A stretch of 64,000 bases of DNA, taken from positions 708,255,536-708,319,535 of the forward strand of contig NC_058130.1 in NCBI RefSeq assembly GCF_016433145.1, in the 5' to 3' direction. The stretch comes from Gracilinanus agilis. Its lineage: Eukaryota. This document shows positions 10,801 to 30,302 of this stretch, piece by piece. A model generated the notes under the pieces. That model made no database searches. It saw only the letters and a program-made list of their open reading frames with translations, and was not told the DNA's origin. Both the position numbers and the translations under genes were made by a program. Position 1 is the stretch's first letter. Every line of letters starts with the position of its first letter.

Positions 10801-12540
10801 GGAGCCAGCTCCAGAGGTTGATTACTACTACTAGAAGCCCACGAGAGCCAGCAGAGTTTCCAGGCTGGTAGTCCGGCCAGAACTGCCTCCTACCCATGCC
10901 TTCTTAGGGTCCGGGGCGGAGGGGATAGGGGTGGGGGGAACAGAGTCTCTGTAGTCCCTTCGGTCCTCAAAATCCCAGCTGGATCTGAGTGCATCTCCAT
11001 GGTGACGAAGGTCCCGCCCCCAGGGGAGTCCACTTGGGTCTTATCGCGCCCCTGGAATGCTCGGTATCTGCACCGGGCAGCCCGCTTATCTCAGGTTGTG
11101 GCCTTTTAGCCTTGGGTTCTCCTCCGGCTCTAGCTCGGGGCCCTGCTCTTTTCCCAGGCATTGGACTCCTTGACTTTCCCGGTGGGGACAGCTGTCTCCT
11201 TAAGCCTCGATGTCCCTCCCGAGTATGACAACCGGGTTCACTTTCCCCAGAAACCAACAATTCTAGGGCGGACGAGCGGGGGGGGGGGGGGGTGCAAAGC
11301 GGGGGAGAAGGGAGAAGAAGGAAAGACGGGGCAGAACCAAGAGAGGCAAAGGGAAGTAGCGATGTGTCTGAGTCTCAGGGAAAGTTCTTCCAAAAGGACA
11401 AGGAGGGGGGAGGGGGAACTCGGGACTAGACGAACTCCTAAGAGTCACCCGGACACAAATTACAGGGTGCAGACTCAGGGCCAAGACCCTACTATCTAAG
11501 GGTTCTTGGTAGAGACGACAACCACGAGGTCCACTCAGGACCGCTTCCCTAGGGCCGTGTCGTGGGCTCGATGCCCGGGGAACATCTGACGGTCATGAGC
11601 CCCTAGGGAAAGTCCCCGCCACTACTGCCGTGACTCAGTCTCGGGTCCATGGGGGCCAAGCGTGGAGCCCGGGACAAGCACACGCCGTGACACCCTCAGT
11701 GACACGCACACGTCCCCGGGGGCTCCTGGTAACGCTTCTCGAACGCCATGTGGCTCTCGTTTTCGCTCCCCAAGTACGCCCCGCCATTCCGAAAAAGGGG
11801 AAGGAAACTGAGGCAGCAGGCAGGGTAGGAAGCGGAGAACAAGCTGGACAGATTTCCTCGTTTCTAAGGAAATTGTCTAGTTCCTTTTTCCTCAGTTTGG
11901 TGGTCCTCAGAGGACCGATACCTTCTGCCGTCTAAAACTGCTTGGTAAACAACGGGACTGGGACCTCCGGTCTGAGTCAGGGTGCCAGTTCCCTCAGTCT
12001 AGTCCCGTCAGACATCGCCTAAGTGCCCAAAAGCCCCATCCCCGCCCCCATTCCGTTCACTATGAAAATGCAGATTCCGCCTCCGCGCAGACTTCCTGCC
12101 CTCGGAAGGGAAGCGGAGGGGAGGAGAGGTGTGAGGAGAGGATCAGAAAGGATAGGGGAGGAGAGGGGCTTTGGGGGGCTGGATGGTCTCAGCCCTCGGA
12201 TAAGAAAAGCGGGAACAGAATATCCCTCTGAACTCTCAAAGGACAAGTGGAGTTGGGAAAGGAGGGAGGGAGAAAGCCTTGGAATAGAAGAGGAGGAAAG
12301 CCCCCTTTCCGTGCGACCGGGCGGTGGGCCAGGGTGGAGGAGGGGGAGAGCTGTGCGTGCACGCGCCCTCGCCCGGCCACAGTTCCTCCAGCCCGCCGAT
12401 CCTACCATCCCCGGTGGGACTGGGACCCAAGCAATCGGACCTGAGGGGTTACGGAGGGAGTGGGAGCAGGGTCCACTGGGAGCGCGCTGCCACCTCGCTC
12501 CTCTTTCACAATGACAATCTCCCGCGCGGCGCGCGCTCAC

Positions 12541-12700
12541 CTGGCTCCTCCCGGGCCGGACTCTGCCTCAGACTCCGGCGCCGCCTCCCTCCCGCCGCCG
12601 ATGCGGGCCCCTAGGCCGGGCCGGGCCGGCCGGAGCGCGGAGTCTGAGTGCTCCGTGTTCCTGTTACGCTCCCACAACGGCCGCTGCTCCGGCTGGGGCT
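12541..12700 (-). promoter_or_regulatory. S1PR2: Probable non-coding exon 1 and CpG-island promoter of S1PR2 (island about 12280-12860)
   Basis: CpG island; minus-strand donor GAGCCAG|GTGAGC at 12541/12540; about 5.9-kb intron to the acceptor at 6676. The upper boundary (TSS) is approximate. Confidence 0.55.
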
Positions 12701-13644
12701 CCAGCAGCCGGCCGGGCAGAGCTTGGGTCTTGGGGCGGGGAGAGCCACCGCCTCTGCAACCAGCTCGCTCCTCCCCGCGCCCTTCCCCCTTTCTCCTTTC
12801 CGGACGCGGCTTAGCCACAACCAATGTCTTCCAGATGTGGCTGCACCCCGCGCCTCCAAAGAGGTGGGAGGGAGGCCGGGGAAGGGGCAATAGGAGAGAG
12901 AAAGACCGCTGGGATATGGAGGTAGGGTAAGGGCTGGCTAGGAGAAAATGAGTGGAGGAGAGGAGCACAAGTGAACATACCTGAGAAATTGGAGCAACTA
13001 CCCGCCGACCACATTCTCTTTCTACCCAAGCTATGGCAATCTGAGAGGACCTATGACTTCATTCTGGTCTTAGCCTAAGGGGTCATTGCTAACCTTCCCA
13101 AGGCAATTCAAGGGACAGTGTCCCTGGTCACTCTTCCACTCAGAACCCAGGGCTCTAACCTAGCATTCTGAGCCAGAGAAGAGGGTACCTCCCCTCCTCC
13201 CCTGCCCCACCTGGTGCCCACTTAAATGGACATTCTTCCAACTCTCTGAAAACAGGATTAGTCCCAGGACTTCACTTGTCCACTCCTCTATGCCACCACT
13301 CGAATTCTTCCTCCTCCCCTTCCCACCTCCCATCAGCCACTGTTCTGTTCCTCTAGGTTCCCAGTTCAGAGACCTTACTGAGATTAGATCCTTCTTCCCT
13401 CTGCAGCCCACATTTACATCAAACCCCGACGTTCTTTCTGGCTTCTTTTCATCTGAACTGAATCCTTGTTCTCAGGTTAATAGTTTCTAGAATTCCCTTT
13501 TGTAGCTCTTTTTCCCTGGGAACTGCCTACCTGGGAAAGGAAGGGACCAAGACACGCACAGACTTCTGACTTCAACGGGTAGATAGGTCATTGTAAAAGA
13601 CAAGGAGTGGCCTAGATTTAGGAATACAGAGGGACAAAAGACTT

Positions 13645-14158
13645 TTTTAAAATTTGCAAACATTTATTTAATTAATTAATTTAGAATACTTTCCCATCGT
13701 TACATGATTCATGTTCTTTCCCTCCCCTTCTTCCCCCACTTCCTGTAGCCAATGAGCAATTCCACTAGGATTTTACAAATGTTATTGATCAAGACCTATT
13801 TCCATATTATTAATATTTGCATTAGGGTGATCTCTTAGAATCTACATCCCCAATCATATCCCCATCAACCCATGTGATCAAGCAGTTGTTTTTCCTCTGT
13901 GTTTCTACTTCCACAGTTCTTTCCCTGAATGTGAAATTGTGTTCTTTCTCATAACTCCCTCAGAATTGTCCTGGGTCATTGCATTGCTGCTAGCAGAGAA
14001 GTCCATTACATTTGATTGTGCCACAGTGTATCCGTATCTGTGACTCTGTGTACAATGTTCTCCCGGTTTGGCTCCTTTCACTCTGCATCAATTCCTGGAG
14101 GGCATTCCAGTTCACATGGAATTCCTCCAGTTCATTATTCCTTTCAGCATAATAGTAT
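13645..14158 (-). mobile_element. LINE-1 3' fragment (ORF2 end plus 3'UTR)
   Basis: Reverse complement of 14070-14158 matches the ORF2 C-terminal DNA of the L1 at 34040-34120; A/T tail at about 13645-13680. Confidence 0.85.
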
Positions 14159-16294
14159 GGGATGAAGGACTTTGAGGGGCAAATAGGAGATGGAGTTTGT
14201 CAGGAAAAACTTAAGCTTCAATATACATTCATTGCCTAATTCAGATTAGACTCGTTCTTAAATAAGTCTGCCCCTAGACCCAGACACACTGAAGTTTATA
14301 TCTCTTCTGAGCTCACTCAGGTTTGCTGAACTAGACCACCACCTTATCTCTTTTTCTTAGCCTGAACCCCTACAAAATTTGATCCACTATTCTGATCTCA
14401 CCATTTGTTAGGCCCCTGCCCTCATTCTAATCTGAACTAATTTTTCTCCCTAGATTGGATCCTTATCCTCAAAGTAGCCTGTTCCTTGACTCAAACATAC
14501 CCACTGCAGAGCCCTCTAATCTCATTCCTGTCTGTCCTCAGATTGGAAGTGTATTTTTTTCCCTTTATTTCCTTCCAGAATGGGTTCATCTGTCCCATCT
14601 AAAATGCTGCCTTACTCAGTCTCAGCATCTCTGTATCTCTGAATTCCCTTATAGATTTCCACTTGTAAGAAGTGCGTAAGGCCAGGGCTCAGTGTTCAAT
14701 GGCTGGGAAAGGCATGACTATCATCATGAAGATACTGAACCTGGACCATATGGCAGTGGAGAAACCAGACTGGGTGGTGTACATGAATGTCAGATCTTGA
14801 ACAGTCCCAGATTGGGCCTCTTTTGGAGGCATACTTCAGGACATTAGCCAGGGAAAGCTGGGAAGTAGCTGTACTCAAAAGGAGCAACCTCCAACCCAGG
14901 TGGCTGGGGTTTCTCTCTCCCTCTTCCCCCTCTTGCCCAACAGAACAAGCAGACACCCAAGCAAGGATACAGAAGGATGAGTTCTCACCTCCCCTAGAGA
15001 ATCTCCGAGCGAGCAGCGGATATCCCCTCACCGTTTCAGGAACCTGAAAGCTGCTGAGGAAGTCACCCGTTCCACTTATCTCACTTGTTTTCAGTCAACT
15101 CATTAAAATTGTGGTTCACCACCTCCGAGTACAAGAAGAGGAATGGGGACTATGAAATCATCTTTGATCAGGCAAGGAAAGGATTAATATTCCCTCACAA
15201 TGGAGACCAAGACTGACCCTCAGGTGATCCCAGAGACAATCTCAGACACCCATAAATTGACTGATTCAGATTCAGGAAGACAAACACATAGACCCAAAGT
15301 TGCAAACACCCCTATCCAGAGGGCTTTGGACTCAGACTCACTAATGATCACAGTTTTTCAGACAGTCTCACAGACAAATAGATTAAAAAATGAAACTCAC
15401 TGTATATGAAATAGAAAGGTGTGAGCTAGTAGCAGACAGTACAGGCAGATGGATTCATAGAGGGTCAAATGAACCAGTCCAGAGATGTGAATGATGCTGT
15501 TTCTACACCAACTTATAGAATAAAAGTGGGGGCTATAAGGATTTGTCCTTAGCTCAGAATTGTCCAACACTGTGATCAGTGACTTAGATGAAGGTGTGGA
15601 GAGAATGCTTATCAAATTCCCAGTTGATATGAAGCTAGGAGGGACAGCTCAGACAAGACACAGCCAGAAAAATGTCCCAAATCTCATCTTATTAGATAAT
15701 AGGGATAGGGGTAATGTCTTCATTTGAGATTCAAAAAAAAAAACACCAAAAAACAGCTTCACAGGTCTAGAATGGAAGTTCACATGAAAGACAGCTTTTA
15801 GTGGACCAGAAGCTCAATATGAACCAACCCTGTGATAATTTAGCAGCCAAAGACTCACATTTCATCCTCTACAAAATAAAGGAGTTGGACTAAATGGCCT
15901 CTGAGGTCCCTTTCAGCTCTAGATCTATGATCCAGTGATATTAAACTGCATTAAAAGAGTCAGGGTGGTCAAGAGTGAAAATGAGGAAAGGGATCATCTC
16001 ACTTTCACTGCCCGCTTTATCTGACTGTTCTCATTTCAGGATATCATGTTTTAGGAAGAACATTGATAAACCAGTGAATGAAAAAGACTTTGACCAGCAA
16101 GGGAAGGGGATTGGGAAAGATTCCATGTAAAAATTTGTGGAAGGAAATAGGGGTATTTAATCTGAAGAAAAGAAGACTTAGAGAGACAAGGGTCTTTGTC
16201 CTGAAGCGTTTGAAGGATAACCAGGTAATACAGGGGATGGAAGTCTCTGCCTGGAATCAGGAAAAAAATGTGTTCAAACTGAGTATACTGAAGT

Positions 16295-16470
16295 CAGACA
16301 CTAGTTAAGTGATCCTGAGAAAGTCACTTAACCGCAGTCTGCCTCAACTTCCTCATCTGCAAAATGAGGATCTTAATAATAATAGTACTTACTTCACAGG
16401 GTTCTTGTGAGGCTAAAATGATATAATATTTGAAGGGTATTTTGCAAATCTTAAAATGCTAAATAAATGC
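16295..16470 (+). mobile_element. MIR/MAR1-family core SINE fragment
   Basis: Core AAGTCACTTAAC...CTGCCTCAACTTCCTCATCTGCAAAATGAGG...ACTTCACAGGGTT. Confidence 0.65.
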
Positions 16471-17249
16471 TAGGATAGTGATGATGTCATTAGATTTGTT
16501 CTATTTGACCTTAAAGAACAGAACAAGGAGGAATAAGTGAAGTTTCAGAAAGAAACATTTAGTCTTGTTAAGAAGAAAAATCAGAACAGTTGAAAAGTGG
16601 AAAGGTGTCCTTGAGGAGATGCTGTCATCTTTCAATGAAAACCTTGATGAGTAAGTTAAATAATCACTCAGGGGATGTTGTAGATGAGATTTCTGCTCAG
16701 GTCCAAGTTGGACTGTATGCCTCTCAAGGTTCTTCTGACTGAGATTTTGAGGTTCTCTGACTTAGCCCCTTCCTATCTCCTTCATGTGTCCCAGGTACAG
16801 AGTTCACATCATAGCAATCTCTGCTAAGTGACCCGCCAGTCCAGGGACTCCCAGGCCAGTCCCTCTGTACTTCTCCAAGTATGTGAAGAAGCAACCATGT
16901 TGGGTTATTTGGTGAGGGAGACAAGAAATTTCTCTTGCTTTAGTCAGAGCTTTAGCTGGGACTTCCAGATACATCTGTATTTTACCACCTGAGTTCCTCT
17001 GGACAACTCTCAAGAGATTCTGACAAAGCTCCCCCAACCCAAAATGTCTATCTGGTGGGATAGGGTAAGATAGTAAGAAGAATCCATGGTCCTATGACCA
17101 TTATCCCATTGGAAAGCCCTTCCTTTGGTTCCAATATTTTCATAAGAGATGGAACCAAGACTGAGGAACCCTGTCTCCAGACCCCAGTCCTCTTCTCTTT
17201 GCCTGTCAGATGTCAGCATCTGGTAGAATAGGATATGTACAGTAAATAG

Positions 17250-17415
17250 AGCACCAGGCCTAGAGACAGGAGGTCCTGGATTCAAATCTAGCCTCAGACA
17301 CTTCCTAGCTGTGTGACCCTGGGCTTAACCCCAATTGTCTAATGCTTATGGTTCTTCTGACTCAGAACCAATACTCAGTATCAATTCTAAGATAAAGGTA
17401 AAGAAAAAAAAAAAG
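17250..17415 (+). mobile_element. SINE1, 5'-truncated
   Basis: CCAGGCCTAGAGACAGGAGGTCCTGGATTCAAATC...AAGGTAAAG followed by an A tail. Confidence 0.75.
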
Positions 17416-18019
17416 AATAGGACGTACAGGGGATGAGTGGGTGGGAGAGGCAACCCTGTTAGGGAAGAAGGTCAGAGCTACCACTCCCCAATATCCCCAG
17501 TGCTATTCTAGCCTCAAGTGACAACTGGATCTAGGATTGGGGGAAGGGACGTCCTGCTATAGAGAAGATTTCCAGATGTTCTTCTTGGCACTCTAAAGGG
17601 GATAGGGGGATGGAGGAATGGGAATTTGAGGGGGTGGGGCCCAGTTTTGGCTGCAAGAGTAAGTGGGGGGGCCTTGAAACTCCAGCCCCAACTCTAGCCA
17701 CGTCTACAACAATGTAGTAATCCTATCACCAGTTCTTGCCAGGATCAATCAACTCTTTAGGAGTTGGGAAATGATGGAGGGGGTGGGGGGGGGCAGTGTG
17801 AAGCAGGCACCGGATGGGTTGGGAGACAGGGACAAAACATTAACCCTTACCCACAAATATCTTGCCCATTAGCTCAGGACCAGATCTCAGATCTTGTGTT
17901 TGTGCATGTGTGTGGGTAACTGGGGGTGAGAGGAAGTAAAGCAGCTGCTTTTGACACCTGTTTATTCTGTCTATCATCATCCACCTCCTGCCCCACATTG
18001 GTATAACAGTAATAACTCA

Positions 18020-18060
18020 TTATATATATATATATATATATGTATATACATATATATAGT
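18020..18060. repeat. (TA)n microsatellite
   Basis: TATATATA run seen directly. Confidence 0.9.
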
Positions 18061-18954
18061 ATAGAAGGCTGCCTGAGGGCAGTGACTGTTACATTTTTGT
18101 CATTTGCATCCCCAGTGCTTAACAGAGTTCTGGACACCTAAAATGTATTGGATCAAATATCATTTGCAAGTCTTTCCCATAATAATATTACTGCAAAGTA
18201 GTTTTACAGATGGAGAAACTGAAGCATAGGGAGGTTAAGGTGATTCATAAGCTCCCTTGGGGGTCAATTATACCTTTCTATGAAGATAACTTTCAAATGT
18301 ACATATCTAGCATTCATTTCTCTTCTGAGATGTTCTGCATCCCCACTAGACTGTTGGGCATCTCTAGCTGAATGTCTAATTATTATCTCCAAATAAACAT
18401 AACCAAAATGGAACTCATTATCTTCCCCACTGATCTTAAATCCCCATCCTCCCTCCCCCAATTTTCTCCTCCTAGAGAATTAATCATCCTGGATTGCATT
18501 CTCAAAGTCAACTTCAGCTCTTTGCTTTCTTTCAGCTTTTATATCCACTTCACAAAAATCAGCTTCACAAGTCATGGATGGGGGCTAGTGGTGGAAAAGT
18601 ATTTCATATGAAAAAGATACCAAGATCTAGCCTATTTCCTCATCTGCAAAATGAGGAGGTTGGACCAGATGGCCTCTGAAGTCCCTCATCTTTTATAATC
18701 TTTTAGGCTTCATTAATGAATCCAGAGCATCAGGGATTCTATTTCTATAACACCTCTCTCCTTTCTCCCTTTCTCTTTATTCAAATGGTCACTACCCTCA
18801 TTCAGATTCTTATCATCCCTGAATAGACCTTTACAATAGCACCCTTGGAGGGGGATTTATTTATTAACTTTTTTATTTATTTTACTTTAAATTCAAACTT
18901 ATTTTTCTTCAGTTCTAAATTCTCTACCCCTCATTCATTAAGAAGGTAAGAAAA

Positions 18955-19113
18955 GGGGGCAGCTGGGTGGCTCAGTGGATTGAGAGCCAGAGGTCTGGGT
19001 TCTTCCTAGCTGGGAAGTCACTTAACCCCCATTGCCTAGCCCTTACCACTCTTCTGCCTTAGAACCAATACACGGTATTGATTCCAGGATGGAAAGTAAG
19101 GGTTAAAAAAAAA
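18955..19113 (+). mobile_element. SINE1 with internal deletion
   Basis: GGGGGCAGCTGGGTGGCTCAGTGG head and AAGTAAGGGTTAAAAAA tail. Confidence 0.8.
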
Positions 19114-19529
19114 GGTAAGAAAAACAAAACCTATTAGAAATATGTATATTTATGAAACAGGTATTTCTACATTAGCCATGTCACCAAAAAAAAGGCAAGA
19201 ACAAGAAAGAGAAGAAAATATTCTTCTATTGTATTCATTGTCCTCTGAGTCTATTTGTTTTCTATTTGTAGGTAGATAGCTTGCTTAGTGGTGAGTCCTT
19301 TTGAATTGTGGTTGGTTATTGGGTTCATTAGTTACTGTCTTTCTGAGTTGATTTATCTTTACAACCCCACTGTACTTATATAAAGTGTTCTCTTGGTTCT
19401 GTTCACTTTACTTTGCATTGGTTCATAAGATCTGTCTTCTCTATCTTTGATCTCTTTGGGTATACTAATAGTGATATATCACTAGGTCCAAGCATATCCA
19501 GATTTTAATAGCTTTGGGGGCAACTTTTG

Positions 19530-19770
19530 TTGTCAAGTTGTTCAGTCATTTCAGTTGTGTCAGACTCTTCCTGACCCTATTTGTAGTCTTTTTAGCAAAG
19601 ATACTAGAGGGATTTGCCATTTCTCTGGTTTATTTTATAGATGAGGAGACTGAAACCAAGAGTTAAGTGACTTGCCTAATGTCACAAACCTAGTGTCTGA
19701 GGCCAAATTTGAACTCAGGAAGATGTCTTAACTCCAGGCCCTGCACTCTATCCACTTGCCCTTTGGGCAA
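19530..19770 (-). mobile_element. MAR1-like SINE
   Basis: TTCAGTCATTTCAGTTGTGTCAGACTCTT...AGTTAAGTGACTTGCC...GAACTCAGG pattern of marsupial core SINEs. Confidence 0.6.
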
Positions 19771-22099
19771 CTACCTCAGATTTATATTATTTTATATTTC
19801 TCTAACTATTAGTGATTTAGAGCATATGCCTAATTATAATTTTGACCATTTGTCAATTGAGGAATGACTCATTTTTGTAAAATTGACTCAGTTCCTTGTA
19901 TATTTTAGAAATGAAACCACATTATCAATGAAACTTGCCTTTATTAGTATTTTACTTAGTCCCTCTGCTGCCAACCTTTCTTTTGTCTAAACTATATTCC
20001 ACATAGCTGTCAAAATAATCTTCCTAAAGAAAATATCTGGCCAGGCTACTCCCCTGTTCAAGAATCTTCAATGGTTATTTCTTCTAGAATAAACTACAAA
20101 TTCCTCAGATTGGCATATAAAGCCCTTCATGATCAGGCTCCAGACCACCTGTCCAAACATTTAATACTACTCCCCTTCACAGAGTCAACATTCCAAACAA
20201 ATTAGCCTCCTTGCTATTCCCTGAACTCCGAACTCTATCTACTTGCTCCTGACTTTTGCACAGGCTGTGCCCTCCTTCCCTCCTGAGATGTACTCCCTCT
20301 TCACTTCTGTCTGTTTAGACTTCAGAGCTTCTTTTGAAAGTCAGCCCAGGTGTCATTTCCTATCTCTCTAGTTGTTGGTACTCTCTCCTAAAATTATCTT
20401 GAATTTACTTATCTGTGTACATGCCATATCCTCTAGTAGACTATAATAAGCTTCAGAAAGGGTTTTCATTTTCTCTCAGTATACTCAGTCTAGCACATAG
20501 TAGATACTTAATAATGCTTATAGGGTCACATAGTTAGTGTCATGGCTGGGATTTGAATTTAGGTCTTCCTGGTTTCAAGTCCAGGACTTTTTCCTCCTTA
20601 CTGCCACGTTGCCTCCCTCGGAATCAGACATGGAAAAGAACCTTCCTAAGTATGAATACCCTCTACACCATTCTAGAAAGGTGGCTACCCAGTCGCTCTT
20701 TAAAGACTTCACCTTCTTCTTTATAGCCTTTTCCAACCCCTGGCTATCCCTTATCTATTGGTGCTAATCCTTGGCCCACCTCATTTCTCTCACACTGATA
20801 CTTCCTCCCCTCCCACTCCTGCCCCTAGGAAACAGAAATTTCCTCTGACTCCCGACTCCCTTACTAGCAAAACATGCGGGGGTGTACTCCCTGGGGATCT
20901 TTCCTTCCTTATTGCTTTACTCACTATCTTGGGGGGGGGGAGTGTCACTTAGAACTAGGGGGAGCTAGAGTCTGGGATCAGCCTGCTGCAGCTTTCCCCT
21001 CCCTCTTCAAACCCCCCCCCCCATCCCCTTTCCCCCAGTGCTGGAAATTGCAGAGGTCTGATGTAGATGGCCAGGTCCAGGCAGCAGAGAGGCACATTCA
21101 ACATACAAGCTCAATGTCTGAGCCCAGCATCCAGACTCTTAGTCACCCAACACCCCACCTCCTGGAATTTATTATGTTTCAGCTTGATCCTGCTGGAGGA
21201 TGGAGGAGGAAGCTCAAATGAAGTTAGGGAAAGGACTCCTGCTCTCTTCAGCAAGCTATATCCTAGGTCCTGAGTCTCTATGGAGCCAGAGCTTGGTGAC
21301 CTGCCTCAGTCTCCCTGAGGAAATATAGTCAGAATGCCATGAGAAGAGGTCATGTGGACAGACCTAGTTAAAGATTGACTTAGGAGTCTGCATAGCCTGA
21401 CCTTTGACTGCAGCCCATACTGGGCTGGGGAGAGACAAGAATATGATACCCAGCTATCCTCTGGGTGCTCTGATGGGAAAGTTGAAGGAGTTTAGAAGAG
21501 GATGAGATCCAAACTAATCTTGATGGGGGTGGAGGAAAGCTTGATCACAGTGACCCAGAAGGTGCCATACTGATTATCCTGCTTGGGAGGGAACTGCACT
21601 GATCTCATGAACTACACTAACCCAAGCAAGAAACTGCATTGAGAAAAGAGTGCACTAACTCCCGTCACTGGAGGGTCTAGACCCACCAGAATGAGGAGGC
21701 AGCAGCTGTAATGAGTGATGCTAGTAAGTGGTAAGTGTCCTGGGGGCCACTCCTCTGTGTAGAGTCTGAGTGCATTCTTATTAAAGAAGATGACTTCCTT
21801 CCAGCATCACCAAGTTGCCTGGCCTTGGGCGGGTGTCTTTCTCTTTCCCGGCCTCAGTTTCCTCATCTGAAAAATGAAGAGCTACAGGGGAAGTTGTTTG
21901 AGGTCACTTCAATATTGCCTGTAGCAATATTTCAAACCTCTATGTAACTTTGCTAAGATTGTCATTAGTATAGTTATGCCAAATCTAAATCCTCACTTCG
22001 GAACCCAGGATGCCTAGGGAAGACCTGGAGAGACCACAGCCTGGAGGGCTCCCGTTCCTCTTGGGGATTCCACTTAGGCTCTTCCCCTTCCCCGCCTAC

Positions 22100-22331
22100 G
22101 GCGGGAGTAGGCGGGATCACCAGGAGAAAGCTTACGGGCGCGCTGGGGGCGGGGCCCAAGTGGGGGCGTGCCAAACGGGGGCGTGGTCAAGTACCTCCCG
22201 GTCCTGAAACTGTTTCGCCCTCCGTACTTTCCCGCTCAGAATTCGAGAGTACGCAATTTGTCGCCCGTGATGTCATTTCCGGGCGCCCCTGGAAGTTGCC
22301 TTCTTGCTGGCTGTAGGAACCCAGTACAGCT
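22100..22331 (+). promoter_or_regulatory. MRPL4: MRPL4 CpG-island promoter (GC boxes)
   Basis: CpG-rich region with GGGGCGGGGC at about 22146, directly upstream of the ATG at 22332. Confidence 0.7.
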
Positions 22332-27407
<5,076 letters not shown>

Positions 27408-27450
27408 CCCTCCATGATTATTGTGCAGCCAACACCAGGTTGCATATCAG

Positions 27451-27456
27451 AATAAA
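27451..27456 (+). terminator. MRPL4: MRPL4 polyadenylation signal AATAAA
   Basis: AATAAA 44 nt after the stop, followed by T-rich sequence. Confidence 0.8.
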
Positions 27457-27649
27457 GAGTCTTTCAGTTTGACTCCTGCTTTCCCATCTTCAGTAAATCT
27501 AGAACCTGAATTACTATATCCTGGCAAATTTCACAGACCTCTGATCTGACTCTTCCCTAACTCCTCCCCCCAAATACCTCCCTCAACCTCCTTCCCAGCT
27601 GCTCTTCTCCTTGGGCAGCTTCTCTTTTTCACCAAAAAGTACTGGTTAG

Positions 27650-27843
27650 GGGCAGCTGGGTAGCTCAGTGGAGTGAGAGTCAGGCCTAGAGACAGGAGGT
27701 CCTAGGTTCAAACCCGGCCTCAGCCACTTCCCAGCTGTGTGACCTTGGGCAAGTCACTCGACCCTCAATGCCCACCCTTACCAACCTTCCACCTATGAGA
27801 CAATACACCAAAGTACAAGGGTTAAAAAGAAAAAAAAAAAAAA
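27650..27843 (+). mobile_element. Full-length young SINE1 with 16-bp TSD
   Basis: TSD AAAAAGTACTGGTTAG at 27634-27649 and 27839-27854; intact head and poly(A). Confidence 0.92.
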
Positions 27844-30302
27844 GTACTGGTTAGTGAATCAGACTTCCTGGCACCGTAGAGGAAATCCTAACTTTCCTTT
27901 TGTCCCTCAGCAGCTCAATCCTGCTTCCTATCTTCCAACTATAAACCCCTTTGGGAAGAGGAGTCTGCCCTCTAATCCTAAGGGTAGTGGAACATCTGTT
28001 TCCCTTTCTTTCCTTGCCCCTCTTCTTCCTCCGTCTTCTCCATTGGAATTCTGGTCTGTGAGAAATGGGCAACCCCATATATTAGCCAGTGATGGAGCAG
28101 AATGAGACCTCCTTCCCCACAAAGACCCTCTCTGGGGCCTTTCTTACTTCTGCCTCCCCCATAACGCTTAATAGATGGTTTAGAATTGGGACTCATGGGT
28201 GATACCTGCCCTCCCTAGACCCCTATCACTTAATTTTAAAATTTTTGTTTAAATTTAATTTTTTCCAGTTACATATAAAAACCATTTTTAACACTTTAAA
28301 ATTTTGAGTTCCAAATTCTCTCCTTCTCCTGCCCCCTCTCTGAGAAGGCAAGCAATTTGATATAGACTGTATATGCCCATCACTTGATTCTTGAGTCTGC
28401 AGACTTCCCCCATGCTTGTTGGTCAGGGAAAGGACCATGAAAACCCAAGAAACCCTTTCATCTCCAAGCAGCCACACGGGGCCGCCCTTGGCCACAAGTC
28501 CTGGGGTTAAGGCGCAGCTAACTTCATCCTCGCTTAGGGAAACTTTCACCCAAAAATAACCTGTATATTCCACCTAACAACTCTGGATTTTCCAGACCCC
28601 GCCCCCCCCCTCCCTTGGGTTTTCCAAATCCCAGAGGATCATGTGATTTAATCATTAACTTTCTCACTATTCCTTCCACCCCCCCCCCCATTCTAATGGA
28701 GACCATGTGAGCCCTGAAAAGGCAGAGGGTGGGGGGGGGGAGGCAGGAATGAAAGATTTTCTCTCTTTGCTCAGGGACTTGATAAAGGAGTGGGGAAGTC
28801 TGTCACTTTTCCTGCCCTTTTCGGGCAGGGGTGAAAGAATTTGTTTTAGCGTCAGATTGTTTGTTCAACTTGGGTTGCAACACCAGTAATAGGAGGAGAG
28901 TTAGGGCGGTCCCCTCTTGGGGTCTCCGAGGAAGTGAGGGCTCCGGAGATGAGGGCACAGCCCTCAGTATCACTGCATTCCTCCCCTTGCCTTTCTACTC
29001 TGGGACCTCTTCGTCCTGTGGACACCATGGTAACTTCTTTGTGTGGGTCCCACAACAGGAAACTGGGGGAAGGGAGTGAGACCTTAAGGCCCATGGCCTG
29101 AGGAGGAAAGGGGGAGCCCAGAAGTGTTGGGAAAAGGGCCCCTGAACTTCCGGAATCTGTAGTAGCCCCCTCCCTTGGGTTTCTCAGCTCTGGTGTTGGT
29201 GGGTAGGCAGGAACCACAAGGGGGGGGCAGGCCCAGCCCATTTTGGGGTGGGGGCTCTGCAACAGGGAGGATGGAGCCCTGGCTTCCTTCTTCCTCAGTG
29301 GCTAAGCTTGCTTTCAAGCCTAATGAGTTCTGGCAGCTCCAATAAACTGACTCAGGTGACTGTGCGCTGCCCCCCCCCCCCCACTGGAGTGGAAGGACGT
29401 GGGGATTGACCCTCTTTCCAGTCTCCATAGAAGGCCTGGCTTTGCAATCCTGGTAAAGGTCACCCTACTGCAGGCTGCTCGAGCCTGTATCAAACTCCAT
29501 TCTTGGTGTTCTATTTCTCCTCAGTCACATTGCCCTGCGGGTTCAGGGGAGGGGTGAGGACATCTCCCTTCTCTGGTGATGGCGCTTAGTTGTCGGAGCT
29601 GAATCATTCTGGGGACCAGCGGCTAATCAGAACGTCCTTGCGGAGGTGTCTTCTTCCTCTTTCTCTGAACTAACCCCCGGGGAGGGTAAAGGAGAATTTA
29701 GTACTGGCAAATGTGGCCGAAACGAAGCTATAGGGGACCTCGCTTCGACCCTATGCCGCTCCGGATGGCTTTCCATCTCCCACTGCTGCCTCTTGCCCTT
29801 GTCCCGTCTCATGATGCCTCAGGGCCCAGAACGATAGCTGACATTGGGCTCCAACACTTTATGGGGAAAGTTACGCAACCCGGGTGGGGGGCCGAGGGAA
29901 AACACTCATATTCCGCACAGAAGCTTGGAATTCCTGGGTGCTGTCCCAATCACTCTCCCTCCCCTGTTCCTCCAGGCTCCATCTGGTCTGGTAACTCCCT
30001 CCTCCTGATGTTCAGGACTTTCAGTCCCAGAAAATAGGAAAGACTTTCAAAAATAAAACCAAAAGTCTAGGAAGCAAATCCAGATCTAAGCCAAGAATGT
30101 TTTCAGTGGACTGGCTACCTTAAAAAATAATAAAATAACGGTAAACCATGAAGTTGTTGGGTCCTTTATTCTCACGTGGATGGAGGTGGGCTAGGTGTCT
30201 TCTTTCTTCTGAATCCGACTCCGGGCTCCACCCCCAAATCCGGCCACTGTACCCCTGTGGCCTCCAGGCCCTACCCCACCCCTAAAAGTCTGCGAGCACA
30301 GT

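Noticed and set aside
14696-17285. Short ORFs and splice-like signals between S1PR2 and MRPL4
   Set aside because: Candidate exons contain stops in all plus-strand frames tested and have no recognisable homology; I know of no gene here in the syntenic human or mouse interval.
29581-29603. REST/NRSE-like sequence GGCGCT...GGAGCTGAA
   Set aside because: Spacing and the CTGTCC core do not fit the RE1 consensus.
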